The notes under the pieces were generated by a model, which had not been told where the DNA came from, did not search any database, and was given only the letters and a program-made list of their open reading frames with translations. Positions 1 through 13,849 of a DNA stretch of 64,000 nt are shown here, one piece after another (the first letter of the stretch is position 1; each line of letters begins with the position of its first letter). This DNA is from the human T2T-CHM13v2.0 reference genome, Homo sapiens: the NCBI RefSeq assembly GCF_009914755.1, contig NC_060939.1. One strand, given 5' to 3'. A program made the position numbers and the translations under genes.

Positions 1-1224
1 CGTGTCTTCCACAGTCCCCATTTAGCCAGCCTTCCTACAGGACTGCAACCTCTTTTCTTGGATCCTCAATCTTGGTCCCGGACCCAATCTCCTAGGAACA
101 TGCACGTTACCCCCGGACCATTCCATCTGTCCAGGTTTCACCACGTATGCATTAGGCCCACACCTCTGGGTTTATCTCAACGAAAATCATATTATCCACC
201 TGAGCCATCTTCCCTCATGGAGCGCTCAAAGTGTGCAAAAGGAAAGCTGCCTGCAAGCCAGACTTCATCGGGGAGGGTCCCAGGGAACCAAGAGAGAGAA
301 AGCAGTTGGTAAGAACAGCAGGGTCTGCCCCGCCCATAAGGGGGCCCTTGAAAGCTAGATCTAATCAGAGCTTCATCTTTGCATCTGCCTCTGTTGGGCA
401 TCTCTCACTTTGTCCTGCTTTGTAGACATGTCTTTCTCTTTCATAAGATTATAAGTTCCTTGAAGTACTTACTTACACAGTAAGTGTTCCCTAAACCTTC
501 TTTAATACTCCATTAATATTCTCTCCTCTTGAGAAGAGGAGGCACTCCAGAGTGGCCTATTGTACAAGGAAAATGCAGTCTGGATAAACAGCAGCAGAAT
601 ATCAGTAAACCTCCCTCCTCTCCTCCAACCAGCCTCACCTGATCCTTTCCCTTTCTGGATTTCTGTTCATTGGAACAAAAGTGATATCATGACCATGACC
701 ACATTATGGTGAATGGAAACACAAAGAACAGAACTGATTAGGCTGTTTGGAGTTTCCTGTCACATGATCTATATGGAAACAAAGCCACATCAGATGTTCC
801 ATTCACAGCTCTTAAATTTTCCTATGCTTTTATCTCAAGTTATTTGTCTTACAAATTATTTTTATTTGTTCCCTTTCTAAGGGAAAATGTACTTACTATT
901 TTATTTTTTAACAGCATCCTTATAATATCCATCTTTGGGAAAAAATTCTGGAATATGGGCAGATATATTTGATTCCTGGTATAGTTACAGCACTAATACC
1001 TCATAGTAAACTGCATTAGGACATTTTCTCTAAGCCTTGATTTATGCAGAATTTACATTTTCAGGCTAATGCCTGGAAAAAAATTGTGAGATGAGTGAAG
1101 TTTGTTCTTAATATCCTTCCTACTCTACCACCCCACTGTTCCTCAAACCCCCACCTCCACCCATTTCTGCCTGCAGCAGGTACCTCAGCTCTCATGCCCG
1201 GAGTCTTCTACAGGGGAGAAAAAG

Positions 1225-1445
1225 TGTTAAGAGCTTGATCTCTGCGGCCAGCCTGCCTGGGTTCAAATCCAAGTTCTAACCTCTCACTAATTGTTGAATG
1301 GTCTCAGCAACACTAGACCTTTCTGTCGCTTACTTTATTCATCTGCAAAGCAGGAATAGTAATAGGCTACCTCAAGGATCAAATGTCTTAATAGATGTAA
1401 AGCACTTAGAACCATGCCTTGCACTTAGAATGCACTGATTAATAA
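1225..1445 (+). mobile_element. MIR SINE
   Basis: MIR motifs cctgggttcaaatcc, tcatctgcaaa...aatagtaatag and gtaaagcacttagaaccatgcct. Confidence 0.7.
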
Positions 1446-2579
1446 TGTTACACTCTTATCCTTCCTGTTCTCATCCCTGATTCCTATGATACTGTTTGAC
1501 AGCTGCACTGACACACTGTGGCATGGACCTCTTCTGACAGCCAGCCCCTCCTCTTTTCACTTGCCTGTCCACTTGCACCAACCACCCCTTTGCCAATGAC
1601 CTTGACTCCCTTGCCCCTTGCCTATCTTTGCTCCAATGCAGCTGTGGATATGGGCTGCACCCGCCAGCTGCAACTTGACCTCCCCTGCCCTGCTTACTGG
1701 GAAGCCTGCAGCCTATCCCAAAAGGTGCCTACCGCAGAAAGCCTTCAGCCCCAAGTAGTTTTGATGGGCCTCAGTATAGGCTTCCCACCTGGCAGAGAGA
1801 GTAACATAAGTTGTAAGCCTGATCCTGCAAAGCCAAGAGTGGTTCTGCTCTGGAGCCAAGAGACACCCTAGCACTGTCCTTTTTCTCTCTTTCAGAGGAC
1901 CTCAATTCCAGAGGCAAATCTTCGGCCTTTGTCACATGGGACAGAGTCCAAAGCCTCCTTGCTGAGATTCTGGGGAGAAACTAGCTCATACCAGTGTATG
2001 AGTTCCTCCATTACAAATTCTTCTCCCCTTGCTTTGAGGAGGGGCACAGCCCAGGACATCTCAAAGGGCTGAAGTTTCCTTATCTGTTAATCACGCCCTT
2101 CCATAGAGTAGAATCTGCCCCTCACCTGGCTCCTAGGGTCCCTGCAGCAACAACCTCTCCATTCCCAGCATTGCTCCACAAACTTCCCCCAGCACCCAGC
2201 GGCCCAAGGTTCTGATGCAAAGGACCTGGGCCTCGCACAGAGGCCCTCTCCTCACATTCTGTTCTCCCAGAGATAGGAACATTCACATAAATGAGACTTG
2301 CAGTCCCTGGCACAAGCCATCACTCCAAGGCCAGGGCATTGAGAGGATGTGCAGAATTAGCCTCAGGACCTCATAGCAGGTCAAGATCAGGCAAGGTGAA
2401 CTCAGAATTATCTGAGCCAGAGAATGGGGTCAACACTGCGATGGGGTCAGGAGCCAGGACATAGTCCCCCTCAGGCAAAGTCAGCCAGAAGACCCTGGTT
2501 TCTAGACATCTGGCTAAGAATGGGGCCCCACTCAGATTCTGAATTCTTCAGATGTCCCTTCAGGTATCATGGAAACAAC

Positions 2580-2805
2580 TTGACTGAGTGCTTGATATAT
2601 GTTGAAAGGTTTGGAATAGGCCAGTATTTTATATAATAATTTGTATGATTCTTAGAAAAACTCCCCAAAACACATGATATTACATCCCTATTCCAAAATG
2701 AGGAAACAGAGGCACAGAGAAAAAAAGTAAACCCTTGAAGGTCACATGGCTCATAAGTAAAGAAAAAACAGTTGGATTCCAAAATCCATGCTCTCAACCA
2801 CTACC
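2580..2805 (-). mobile_element. MIR SINE
   Basis: MIR core atgaggaaacagaggcacagaga...aaggtcacatggct and ending tgctctcaaccacta. Confidence 0.7.
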
Positions 2806-4269
2806 TTGCACAACCTGGGTTGCAGGAGCAGCTCTGCAATTGCTTAGCTTGAAAATCTAGGCTTATTTCTGAGTTTCGGTTTTCTCTTTGTACTTCCCTC
2901 CCAGGTAGAAGATTATGAGAAATAAATAAATAAATTGGTGCATAAACTCCTTACCATGATACCTTAATAGCAAACATGCAATAAATGTTATCAACCCCAA
3001 CAACATCATATAATTACTATTACTTGTGCCAAATACCCACAGATGGATTCTTGTCAGAGTTTGCCTGCCTCACCCTTTCCTCTGCCTGTTTCCCTGCACT
3101 AGTGTAGACCCCTGACAGCTCCCAGTTACTCCCAGGCTGCCTCCACCCCAGTTTCTAGTCTTTATTAAAGACAGACCTCTTTTGATCTGTAAAATAATCC
3201 TATGATGTAAATAGAGCTAAGATTTAGCAAGATTAAGCGCCTTGCCCAAGGATAATTGTTTCTGATTCTAAAACAATCTCTATAAAATCAAGTACAGTGT
3301 TTTAATTATTTTTTCAATTGGAAACTCAGCTTTGAAAAAAAATTATGAATAAAGAAAAGCTTTGCCGTGGGTCCCACCATCCTACCACAGTAGTCATACT
3401 CATGTTTCTATATTACTCACCAGGCTTTGCCCACGTCTGAAGAGGCTGACTTCTCTTCTGCAGATTCACTGCCTGCAGAAGACAGCTGATAGCACAGCTC
3501 ACTCGAGTGAGGACTGGCCCCAAAATCCCACCGAGAGATTCTAGAGTGATGATGAGAGAGATCCAGAATGACTCTAATTTAACCTGAGCAGAAAAATATA
3601 ACTAAACTAGAATAGATAGTAAGTCAAAACAAGCATCCCTTTAGAAGCAAATCAGAGTCTCTTTGTGCCATTATTTCCTCCTAAATTACACTATATCAAA
3701 TTCTCTCCTATGAGCTGTTAAAATTATGTAGGCATATAACCTAGTCATATATTTATTAATTATTCAGTAAGCCAAAACCAAGGAAGAAATATGAACTTTA
3801 ATCCTGTCCTTTTCTTTTTCCCCCATATCATTGACATTAAGTCTGTTTTTTCAAATTTGTCTTTTTTTTTTTAGTTAGGAGAGTTTTGGAAATAAGGATC
3901 TCCTACAATAAATTTTACATAGAGTGGTAGAAATTTGTGACCATCTACTGTCAGTGTAGGGACTGACACCCTTTGAACATCTTCTTATGGAATACGGGTT
4001 AAGGTAGAAGAAAAATGGGGAAGGGAGTTAGAGATGATAAAACTCTAGGTTGGCCTGAGTGTCCTCTCACTTCTTGCCGACTACCTGAAGCTAGGTACAG
4101 GTGATCTTCCTCCATTTTGTCCATTTTTGATCTGATGACCAATTGCCCAACACTGATGCATTTCATGTATATTCATGGCAGGCCTACCTCCTATACATAC
4201 AGCTTGGTTAGAGGGTATTAACAGGAATACATAAAGAGGTGTAAGAAATGCACCCTGATTCAAGGAGCT

Positions 4270-4470
4270 TACAGTTCAACTGGGACCAGAAGACCTGGGA
4301 TTGATTCCCAGCTCCTTCACTTACTACCTGGGTTAGCATGAGCAGTTGATTAAAATTCATTTTCTGTAAAATAGAGCAAACAATAAAAATAGTGTCTATA
4401 CCTGACAAAGGGTTGCTGCTAGGATCAAAAGGGGTATATTTTGTGGAAGCACTTTACACATAGGAAGTGA
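4270..4470 (+). mobile_element. MIR SINE
   Basis: gacctgggattgattccagctc...tctgtaaaata...gggttgctgctaggatcaaa. Confidence 0.65.
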
Positions 4471-4769
4471 TATTCAGAAAATTATTATTAATATGTACAG
4501 AAGGTGTATATACCAGTCAAAACAGCACCTCTCAGGCTGTCATCATTTTACAAGTTTGGATCTTCTAAGATGATCCTTTCAGAGACATATTTCCTGCAAG
4601 ATGTGATGCGTGCAATTCAGGTTAGCTGCCGTCAGGTACACGGTCTTACCTGAAAAAGTGGTTGACATTTTGACACAGTTTGCAGGCCAACCAAATGATC
4701 TGTGTCAAAATTAACGCACCAGGCAGGAAGAATGGCAGCCTGGTCTGAGCAGCAGAAAGTGATTAACCT

Positions 4770-5050
4770 TGCCAAATATTTATTGAGTGACTTCTATGCA
4801 TCATGCACTGCTCTGGGAATGAGAAGACAAAAGGCGTGATCCCTGCCCTCAAGGAACTTACAGTTTAGTAAGGCAAACTGACAATTACAATAGGACAGTT
4901 GTACAATAGGGTTGTATACAGTCTGACGGGCCCAAAGGGGAAGAGTCCCTGCCTTGGAGACTTGGGGTGGGAGGGACCTTTCCAGGGAGGTTGCTGTTTG
5001 AGCTGGAACCTGCAGAATAAGCAGGAGTTTTGAGGCAGATTAATTGTGGA
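4770..5050 (-). mobile_element. L2 LINE 3' fragment
   Basis: aaatatttattgagtgacttctatg...tccctgccctcaaggaacttacagtttagt. Confidence 0.65.
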
Positions 5051-6544
5051 CTGACACTCCCAGAAGAAGCTTCACAAACTCCAAGCTTTTCTAGTGTGTT
5101 TTCCCCTAGATGAGCCTTTTCCAATTAGGAGAAGACTTCTTATATGAGTACCTCTACTCTTAGCTATCTGCTCTGTGTATAACATTTTTGCATCAAATAC
5201 GTTTGTTGATTAGCTGTGTCTTTTAGCAGTTCTGTAAGTTTAATGGCTTGTGTGTAAATATATTTTCAATAATGTTTCATCTTATGCTCATGGTGAAAAA
5301 TTCAAACAGCACAAATTTGTTTGGGATACAGTAAAGAGATATATTCATGGCACAGCAGGTGGACCTCCTCCTTGCAGCAGAGGAATACTGGAGACGGGGG
5401 ATCCCAGAGGATAAGGTTGGAGGAGTTGGGCTGAAGAGAGACTAGAATGGATCTTAAATTTTAACGTTAAGAATTCTGGGTGATGTTAGATATAGAAGGA
5501 TTTTGTTTGTGATAAAAGCAGAGTGTTAGGAAATTAAATCTGATGATAGTACAGTTTAAATTCATTTTTCAAAGGATAGATTATAGATAGAAAAGGGTAA
5601 TGAGAAAAATATTATGGTAAAATGTTAATATTTGGAAATGGCTGAAGGATATATGGGAGTTCTAGTAACAGTTTTAGCAACTGTTCTATAAACCTGAATT
5701 ACTTAAAAATAGTGACTTAAAAAAAAAAACATAATAATAATGGTGAAGAGGGAAGCCCAGAGCAGAACAAGTAAAGGAAGAAGATGCGGTGGCTCTGATC
5801 CAGGTAGCTAGAAGGAGGTGTGGAGCACTGTATGAACAGTTCTGACAGATGAGGCACCATCTCCTGACAGACAGACAGAGACAGGGGATATCCATTCTTT
5901 TGTAAATCAGAAACTGGTCACCAATCTGCAAAATACATCCTGTTCTGTTGCCAGATAAAATAAAATATGGATTTTTCCCTATTAGGGTAAATATTAGTGT
6001 TTGGTTACATATGGATATTTTGACAAAGCCTTGTTATTCCCAAATGATGAAACCTCCTAGTGATGGCTGGATTTTAGAAGCACACATCAGCTGAACTGTT
6101 GTTTCTCTCTCTAGTACATGGCAGATGGAGTCTGAAGTGTACAACCAGTGGAATGGAAAGATGTAATTTTTTGTGTTTTTGTTATTTAGTGCACTCACCC
6201 AGACATGTTCCCAGTAGACTACCCTTTGTACAGACTGAAGACCAGAACTAGAGATGTGCATAAAGCCATGCTGCAAAATTACAATCATTTACATGAGCTA
6301 AAGAGGAGGTGTTCAAATTACATTTGAAAATGAAAAGCTGTTTACCTATTACTATGAATTTGCTATGAATAAACACAACAATCTCATTTAACCCTTCTCA
6401 TCTTCATGCTCAATATTTTAGAAAAGACAAAACCTTAGTTCAAAGAAATTAAGCATTTCAAAGGCCATGCAGAGTATAGATTTGTCTTTCTGGCCTTTCT
6501 CTTTCTTTTCTTTTCCTTTTCTCTCTCTCTCTCTCTTTCCTTTT

Positions 6545-6750
6545 TTGTATGCAGGACGTTTATTGGGTGTTGCTCTTGGGATCAATGCCTGTGGGGAAGT
6601 GAAAGAAGCAGGATTGCTCAGAGAACAATTTCCAGAGGGGATCTGAGCATCTGAGCTACAAACCTCTCAGTAGCTACAGGAGTGAGTACTTCAGTCCTGG
6701 GAGGGGAGTGAGTAGATGTGGGAGGCATACCATAGTACCCACTACAGACT
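6545..6750. mobile_element. Old ERVL LTR fragment (LTR33/LTR16-like)
   Basis: gcaggacgtttattgggtgttgctcttgggatcaatgcctgtgggg...aagcaggattg. Similar sequence occurs at about 23950. Confidence 0.45.
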
Positions 6751-6927
6751 TAAATATTTTTTCCCATAAATATTTCTCTCTATATATATATCTAAAGGAC
6801 AAAGGCATTTTTTAAAAACATATTTCTAATGCCATTACCATACCCTAATTTAGTTATCAATAATTCATTAATATCCAATCTGTATTCAGCATTCAAGTTT
6901 CCAACTGTCTGATAAATATAACTATAT

Positions 6928-6963
<36 letters not shown>

Positions 6964-6964
6964 T
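6928..6964. repeat. (ATTT)n microsatellite
   Basis: About 9 tandem ATTT units. Confidence 0.9.
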
Positions 6965-7024
6965 AGTTTGCTTGATTTGGGGTTCAAGTAAGGTCCATAA
7001 ATTACAATCAATTAATATATCTTT

Positions 7025-7160
7025 TTGTTTATTTTATTTTATCTTTAAAATGACACATAACTGTACATATTTATGGGGTACCTGGTGATGTTTTGATACA
7101 TAAAATGTATAGTTATTATATCAGGTTAATTAGCATAGCCATCATCTCAAACATTTACCT
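7025..7160 (-). mobile_element. L1MA-type 3' end fragment
   Basis: actgtacatatttatggggtac...atcaggttaattagcatagccatcatctcaaacattta. Confidence 0.7.
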
Positions 7161-9191
7161 AATAAGCAACCTCAACTCTTCTTTCTTACTTCCTAAAAGG
7201 AAGAAGCATTTGCCTCATCAGGAGCTGACCTCACACTCAGCTACTCAGATAGGCTCAATAATCCTAAAGCTAAAATCCTTCCTCTTGCAGGAATTGGTTC
7301 AGGATTGGGATTGCAACCCAAGCTGGCCATTAAAACACATACAGACATTCTTCCTTAGTCTTATGGGTATGCTTTTAAAAGCAAGGCCTTCTCATCAGCC
7401 TGGTCCTCAAAGAGAAATTATGGAGTAGTTCCTGGTGGTTACTGGCCAACATCCTAGGTCTCTAAGTGTGGTCTGCCTCAGGATAGAATGATCCTGTCTC
7501 ACAAGGAATGCTGAAGGGAGTTCATCATACTGAAGGAAAAGGATGCTAACATGTAACAAGAAAACATCTGAAGCCACAAAAGTCACTGACAAAAGTAAGC
7601 ACACAGACAAATTCAGAATACTCTCATACCGTAATCATAGTATATAAACCATGTATATCTTTAGTATGAAGATTAAAAGACAAAAACCATTAAAGATAAT
7701 TATAACTACAGTAATTTATTCAGAGATCGAGAATATAAAAATTTAAATTGTGGCATCAAAAATTTTAAATGTGGGCAGGGAAAGGAGTTAAAGTGTACGG
7801 TTTTATTTGTTTCTTTTCTTTGCAATGAAAGCTAAGTTGTTACCAGTTTAAAATAATTTGTTTTAACTACAGGATGTTTTTTGTAAACCTCATGGTAGCC
7901 ACAAAGCAAAATCTTATAATACATATACTAAAAATGAAAAGCAGGAAACATACTACTAGAGAAAAATCATTTCACCACAAAGGAAGACAGTAAGAGAGAA
8001 AAAAAGAAAGAAGGGATCTACAAAACAACTAGAAAACAAGTAACAAAATGGCATTAGTAAGTCCTTACCTATCAATAATAACCTTGAATGTAAATGAATT
8101 AAATTATCAAATAAAAGACATAGAATGGCTAAAAGGATTTAAAACAACAAGACCCAACTATATGCTGCTTACAAGAGACTCACTTCACCTGTAAGGACAA
8201 ACTGAAAGTGAAAGACATAAAGATATTCTATGCAAACGGAAAATAACAAACAGCAGGAGTAGCTACAGTTATACCAAATAAAAGAAAGTCAAAAAGTATA
8301 AAAAAAGACAAAGAAGCCCATTATACAATGATAAAGAAGTCAATATTGTAAGAGGATATGACAATTGTAAATAAATTTATTAATATAAATATATATATGT
8401 ATCCAACAACGGAGCACCTAAATATATAAAGCAAAAATTAATAGGCCTAAAATGAGACATAGGCTGAAATACAATAATAATAGGGGACTTCAACAACACA
8501 TTTGTAGCATTTGACAGACCATTGAGACAAAAAATCAACCAAGAAACATCACAGTTAAATGGCACTGTAGAGCAAATGGACCTAACAGGCAGTTACAGAA
8601 CATTCCATCCAACAGCTGCAGAATACATATTCTTCTCAACAGCACATGGAACATCTAAGATAGATCATATATGATACCACAAAAAAAGTCTTGGTGATTT
8701 TTTAAAAATCAAAATTATATTAAGTATCTTTTCTGACCACAATGGAATAAAACTAGAAATCAACAGAAGGAACTTTGAAAACTGTACAAATACATGAAAA
8801 TTAAACAACCATGCTACTGAATGACTAATGGATCAATGAAGAAATTAAAAAGAAAAATTTAAAAATTATTCTGATAAAGGGAAATGAAAACACAACTTTT
8901 CAAAACCTATACATACAACAAAAGCAGTTCTAAGAGGCAAGTTTATAGCAATAAATACCTACGTCTAAAAGGTGGAAAGATCTCAAAACAAAAAAAACTA
9001 CTCTAACATTGCACCTCAAGGAACTAGAAAAATGAGAACAACCGAAATCCCAAATTAGTAGAATAAAGGAAATAATAAAAATCAGGCAGAAATAAGTGAA
9101 ATAGAGACAAAAAATCAACACAAAAGATCAATAAAACAAAGAGTTGGTTTTTTGAAAAGATAAAAATTGATGAACATGTAACTAGACTAAC

Positions 9192-9548
9192 TACTATGGT
9201 TTGAATGTGTCCCCCAAATTTCATGTGTTTGAAAATTTACCCCTAAATTCATACTTGATGGGCTATTTGGGAGGTAATTAAGATTAGACGAGGTCATCAA
9301 GGTGGGGCCCCATAATAAGATTAGTGGCTCTATAAGAAGAGAAAGAGGAACATAACCTAGTATGTTCTAGTCCTCTTGCCATGTGATACCCTCCACCATG
9401 TTATGATGCAACAAGAAAACCCTAATCAGATAGAGCTACTTGATCTTGAACTTCTTGGCTTCCAGAAATGTCAGAAATAAATTTCTTTTGTAAATAAATT
9501 AACTAGCATGTGGTTTTCTGTTATAGCAATAAAAAATGGACTAAGATA
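9192..9548 (+). mobile_element. MST-family (MaLR) solo LTR inserted into the L1
   Basis: Starts tactatggtttgaatgtgtcccc and ends aatggactaagata. L1 sequence resumes on both sides. Confidence 0.85.
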
Positions 9549-10211
9549 CTATGAAAAAAAAAGATACATGACTCAAATAAATAAAATCAGAGATAAAAAA
9601 AGAAGACATTACAACTCATACCACAGAAACACAAAGGATCATAAGAGACTATTATGAATGACTATATGTTAATGGATTGGAAGACCTAGAAGAAATGAAT
9701 TAACTCCTGGACACATGCAACCTACTAAGACTGAATCATGAAGAAATAGAAAACCTAATCAGACCAATGATGAGTAATAAGATTGAATCAGTAATAAAAT
9801 GTCTCCCATCAAAAAAAAAGCTGAGGACCTAATGGATTCACTGCTGAATTTTACCAAACATTTAAAGAAGAACTAACCATTTCTTCTCAAGCTATTCTCA
9901 AAAAATGGAAGGGGAGGGAATTCTTCCAAACTCATTCTTTGAGGCCAGAATTACCCTGACATCAAAATTAGAAAAAAAATACAACAAAAAAGAAAACTAT
10001 AGGCCAATATCCCTGAAGAACACAAATACAAAAGTCTTCAACAAATTACTGGTAAACTGAATTCAACAGCATAGTGAAAAGATCCTTCACCATGATACAG
10101 TGGGATTCATCCCAGAGACACAAGGACAGTTCAACATATACAAATCAATAAACAAGTAAACTATCCCTTTTTTGATAGCTACAAAAAATAAAATTAAAAA
10201 ACTCTGAATAA

Positions 10212-10452
10212 TTTTTTTATTTCAATAGGTTTCTGGGGAACAGGTGGTGTTTCCTTACATGAATAAATTATTTAGTGGTGATTTGTAAGATTTTGGTGCA
10301 CCCATCACCCGAGCAGTATACACTGTACCCAATGTGTAGTCTTTTATTCCTCACCCAGCTCCGAGTCCCCCAAAGTCCATTGTATCATTTTTACGTCTTT
10401 GCGTCCTCATAGCTTAGCTCCCACTTATGAGTGAGAACTTATATGATGCTTG
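10212..10452 (-). mobile_element. L1PB-type 3' end inserted antisense into the older L1
   Basis: caataggtttctggggaacaggtggtgttt...cttagctcccacttatgagtgagaac. Degenerate TSD aaaaactctgaataa / aaaacctcagaataa. Confidence 0.82.
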
Positions 10453-12749
10453 AAAACCTCAGAATAAATTCAACCAAGGAGGTAAAAGATCTCCACAATG
10501 AAAACTATAAAACATTGATGAAAGAAATTGAAAAGGACACAAAGAAATGAAAACATATCCTGTGTTCATGGATTGGAAGAATTAATATTGTTAAAATGCC
10601 CACACTGTCCAAAGCAATCTACAGATTCAATGCAATCCCTATCAAGATACCAATGACATTCTCCACAGAAATGGAAAAAAAATCCTTATATTTGTGTAGA
10701 GCCGCAGAAGACCCTGAATAGCCAGAGCAATTTTGAGGCAACAGGATAAAGCTGAAGGAATCACACTACATGACTTCAAAATACACTACAAAGTTTTAAC
10801 AACCGAAACATCATAGTATTGGCATAAAAACCCGACACATAGACCAATGGAGCAGAACAGGCAATCGATAAATAGATCCAAACATTTACAACTGATTTTC
10901 AATGAAGGTGCCAAGAAGACACATTGGGAAAGGACAGTGTCTTTAATAAATGATGCTAGGAAAACTGGATATGAACATGCAGAAGAATGAAGCTAGACCC
11001 CTATCTTTCACCACATACAAAAATTAAACTCAAAATGGATTACTAACTTAAATGTAAGATCTCAAACTGTGAAACTACAAGAAGAAAACATAAGGGAAAA
11101 ACTTCATGACATTGGTCTGGGCAAGAATTATTTAGATAGGACCTCAAAAACCTAGGCAACAAAAGAAAAGATAGACAAATGAAATTACATCACACTAAAA
11201 AGCTTCTGCACAGCAAAGGAAACAATCAACAGAATGAAGAGACAACCTACAGAATGGGAGAAAATTTTGAAAGCTATGCATCAGGCAAGGGGTTAATATC
11301 CAGAATACATAATAAATTCAGACAACTCAATAGCAAACAAACAAATTTAAAAATCCAAATAATCTGATTTTAAAATGGGTAAAAGAAGACATACAAACAG
11401 CCAACAGGTAGATAAAAAAGTGCTCAGCATTACTAATCAGGAAAGTGAAAATTGAAATCACAATAAAGTACCACCTCACCTCAGCTAATGTGGCTTTCAT
11501 CAAAAAGACAAAAACAAAAAACAAATCCTAGCAACAATGTAGAGAGGGCAGAACTCTTAAACACTGTTGGTGGGAATGTAAATTAATACACCCATTATGA
11601 AGATGACAAACATTTTTCAAAAATTTGAAAATAGAACTACCATAGGCTCCAGCAATTTCACTAGTGGGTATATATTCAAAGGAAAGGAAATCAGTATGCT
11701 GAAAAGATATCTTTACTCTTATCTTAATTGGTGCACTATTCACACTAGCTAAGATATGGAATCAACTTGTGTCTATCAAGGAATGAATGGATCAAATAAT
11801 TTAGTATTTATACACAATGGATTACTATTCAGCCATAAAAAATGAAATCCTATCATTTGCAACAAGGTGGATGAACCTAGTGAAAATGATGTTAAATGAA
11901 ATAAGCCCAGCACAGGAGAAATACTGTATGCTACTTCTAGTCAGCCATCTTGCTGATGTCACTCTCAGATTTCAGTGATCTTAACATTATATTTTTATAT
12001 TTATATAAATATATAAATTTATATAAATATATAATCAGTCACAAGCAAATGTATTTCATCAAGTGCTCATTCCAGATTCTTTACCTATTTTAAGAAGTCA
12101 ATGTTTTACATGAAGTTTCATTTTTGTTAAATTGAGCCCTCTGAAAAGGAATAAGCCTTTATGTATATGTCATCTTCATTATGTTCTCTGAAGTCTACAG
12201 AATGAAGCTAATTCCATTTCTACTAAATAAATAAATGAATACATAGGTTGAACAGCCTCTTCTTGGAATACTTCCCTCCAACACACTGGCCTCACCTCCT
12301 CTGACCCACAGGGGTGGGTCAGTCTTCTGGAGAAGTCAGAACACTTGGTTCTTGTTTGAATTCAGCTATGCACATTAGCTGTATAGCTTTGGGCAAGTCA
12401 TCTCTGTGATGTTTTCTCAATATCAAAAGTAGTTTGATGAGATTATTTTTAAAGGCTAATTTGTTCACTTTGAAATAATATTTCAAATCCAGGATTTTTA
12501 TTTAGTCTGATCAAATTTGTACCCAGACTTCATTATTATAACAACAATGCAGAAGGAATTTCTGATGTAGAATGACGGCAAACTGTTGCTTATGGGGAAA
12601 TTTACCATGGGGATACTGAAGGGTTCTACATTCCCACTCCTGGCTCTTCTAAGTCCTCAGTCTCAGGTAGCCCTACCTTTTCCAAGCTCCACTCCAGGAG
12701 CAGGGAGAAACAACTGGAAAGAAAGAAGACCTGAAGGAGTTCATTCTCT

Positions 12750-13005
12750 GCAACATTATTGAGCACTATTCAACAGTACAGTGCAAGCATTTCAGGTTTG
12801 CTCTCATATTTCACATGTATTCAAGGGTTATTTGGATATTAAGGCATATCTTCACAAAACCCTGTGAGGTAGATATTACTCCCTTTTCACTGATGGAGAA
12901 AATGAGGCTCAGGGAGAGTAACTGATTTGCCCTAGTCCAGAAAAGTGGCAGAAAAAAAATTGAACTCTCTATTTGTCTCCAACTCCATTGTGCTTTCCAC
13001 TACAT
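12750..13005 (-). mobile_element. MIR SINE
   Basis: ccctgtgaggtagatattact...gaaaatgaggctcagggagagtaactgatttgccc. Confidence 0.65.
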
Positions 13006-13577
13006 GGTGGATTCCCGTGGCCCAGGGCAAATTCTCTTGGGTATAATCAGTTTCCAGTGGACTTAGGTTTATTTGTTGAATTAACAAATGAAAATCAATT
13101 GGATTTTTAAAAACACTCTCTAGAACCCAGTGTTCAAGAAACTGACTACTTACTTTTTAACTCATCTAGGAAATCCTACCGCAAAGCTAATTAGTGTGTA
13201 ATTAGATACATAGCTAGGTGAGAAAATGCCACAAAAAGTATCATCTTGTTTACAGAGGCAAGAAAGATTTCTAAGATTTCCTAGGTAAGGAAGAGAGAGA
13301 CCCCAGGAATAGCTATTCCCTACATAACCCATCTATTGGAAGGTCCTCCACTTCCCTGTTTTCCTCACCAATTTTTGAAAAACTCACTTCCAAAAGAAAA
13401 CTTTCTACAAAAAAATTTTCTTCCCACCAGGGTATATACATCCTTATAATACAAGTGTCTCACTCTGATGTGTGCGCGTGCGCAAACACAAATTAGGATA
13501 TTACCTATGCCGCATCAATATGTAAAGCTGTGTATATGAATCGTAACGTTGGGCATGACTCTGAATGAATAACTTGC

Positions 13578-13583
13578 TTTATT
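13578..13583 (-). terminator. Distal polyadenylation signal AATAAA of C2CD4B (cleavage expected near 13560)
   Basis: tttatt on the + strand, preceded on the minus strand by a U-run, about 330 nt after the stop codon. Confidence 0.7.
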
Positions 13584-13820
13584 AAAAAAAAACTGTAACA
13601 TTGATAGAAAACCGGAAGGAATTAAAAACAATGCAGATGGGTGTACTTCCTTTCTCTCCCAGTCCCAAGCCAACCCATTTTTCCTTGGAATGCAAAAATG
13701 GTCTGGAAAGAGATATGGGGGTCCTGTGAACAGAACAGGGAGTCATTATCTTTTTCTTCTTTACCAATAGACGATGACAAATGTGGATGGTGAGGAAGTA
13801 AAACGTCAATAAAGCAGTAT

Positions 13821-13841
13821 CATAAATAAAAAAATAAATAA
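13821..13841 (-). promoter_or_regulatory. AU-rich element in the C2CD4B 3'UTR
   Basis: The minus strand reads UUAUUUAUU (13833-13841) and UUAUUUAUG (13821-13829) within a U-rich tract. Confidence 0.6.
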
Positions 13842-13843
13842 CG

Positions 13844-13849
13844 TTTATT
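13844..13849 (-). terminator. Proximal candidate polyadenylation signal AATAAA
   Basis: tttatt on the + strand, 65 nt after the stop codon, followed by a U-rich tract on the minus strand. Confidence 0.45.

Larger units (their letters stand above)
7500..11930 (+). mobile_element. Decayed L1M (L1MA-like) element: ORF1 end, ORF2 remnants and partial 3'UTR, interrupted by two insertions
   Basis: A-rich sense strand with L1 ORF2 hallmarks (gacccaactatatgctg, ggggacttcaaca, catggattggaagaattaatattg, tacagattcaatgcaatccctatcaa). Multiple stops and an internal deletion near 10155. Confidence 0.92.

Noticed and set aside
4632-4720. H/ACA snoRNA interpretation of the two hairpins
   Set aside because: No ANANNA hinge and no terminal ACA at the expected positions, and the first hairpin is too small.
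11996-12034. 18-bp AT palindrome tatatttatataaatata and tandem repeat
   Set aside because: Low-complexity AT microsatellite, where palindromes arise trivially.
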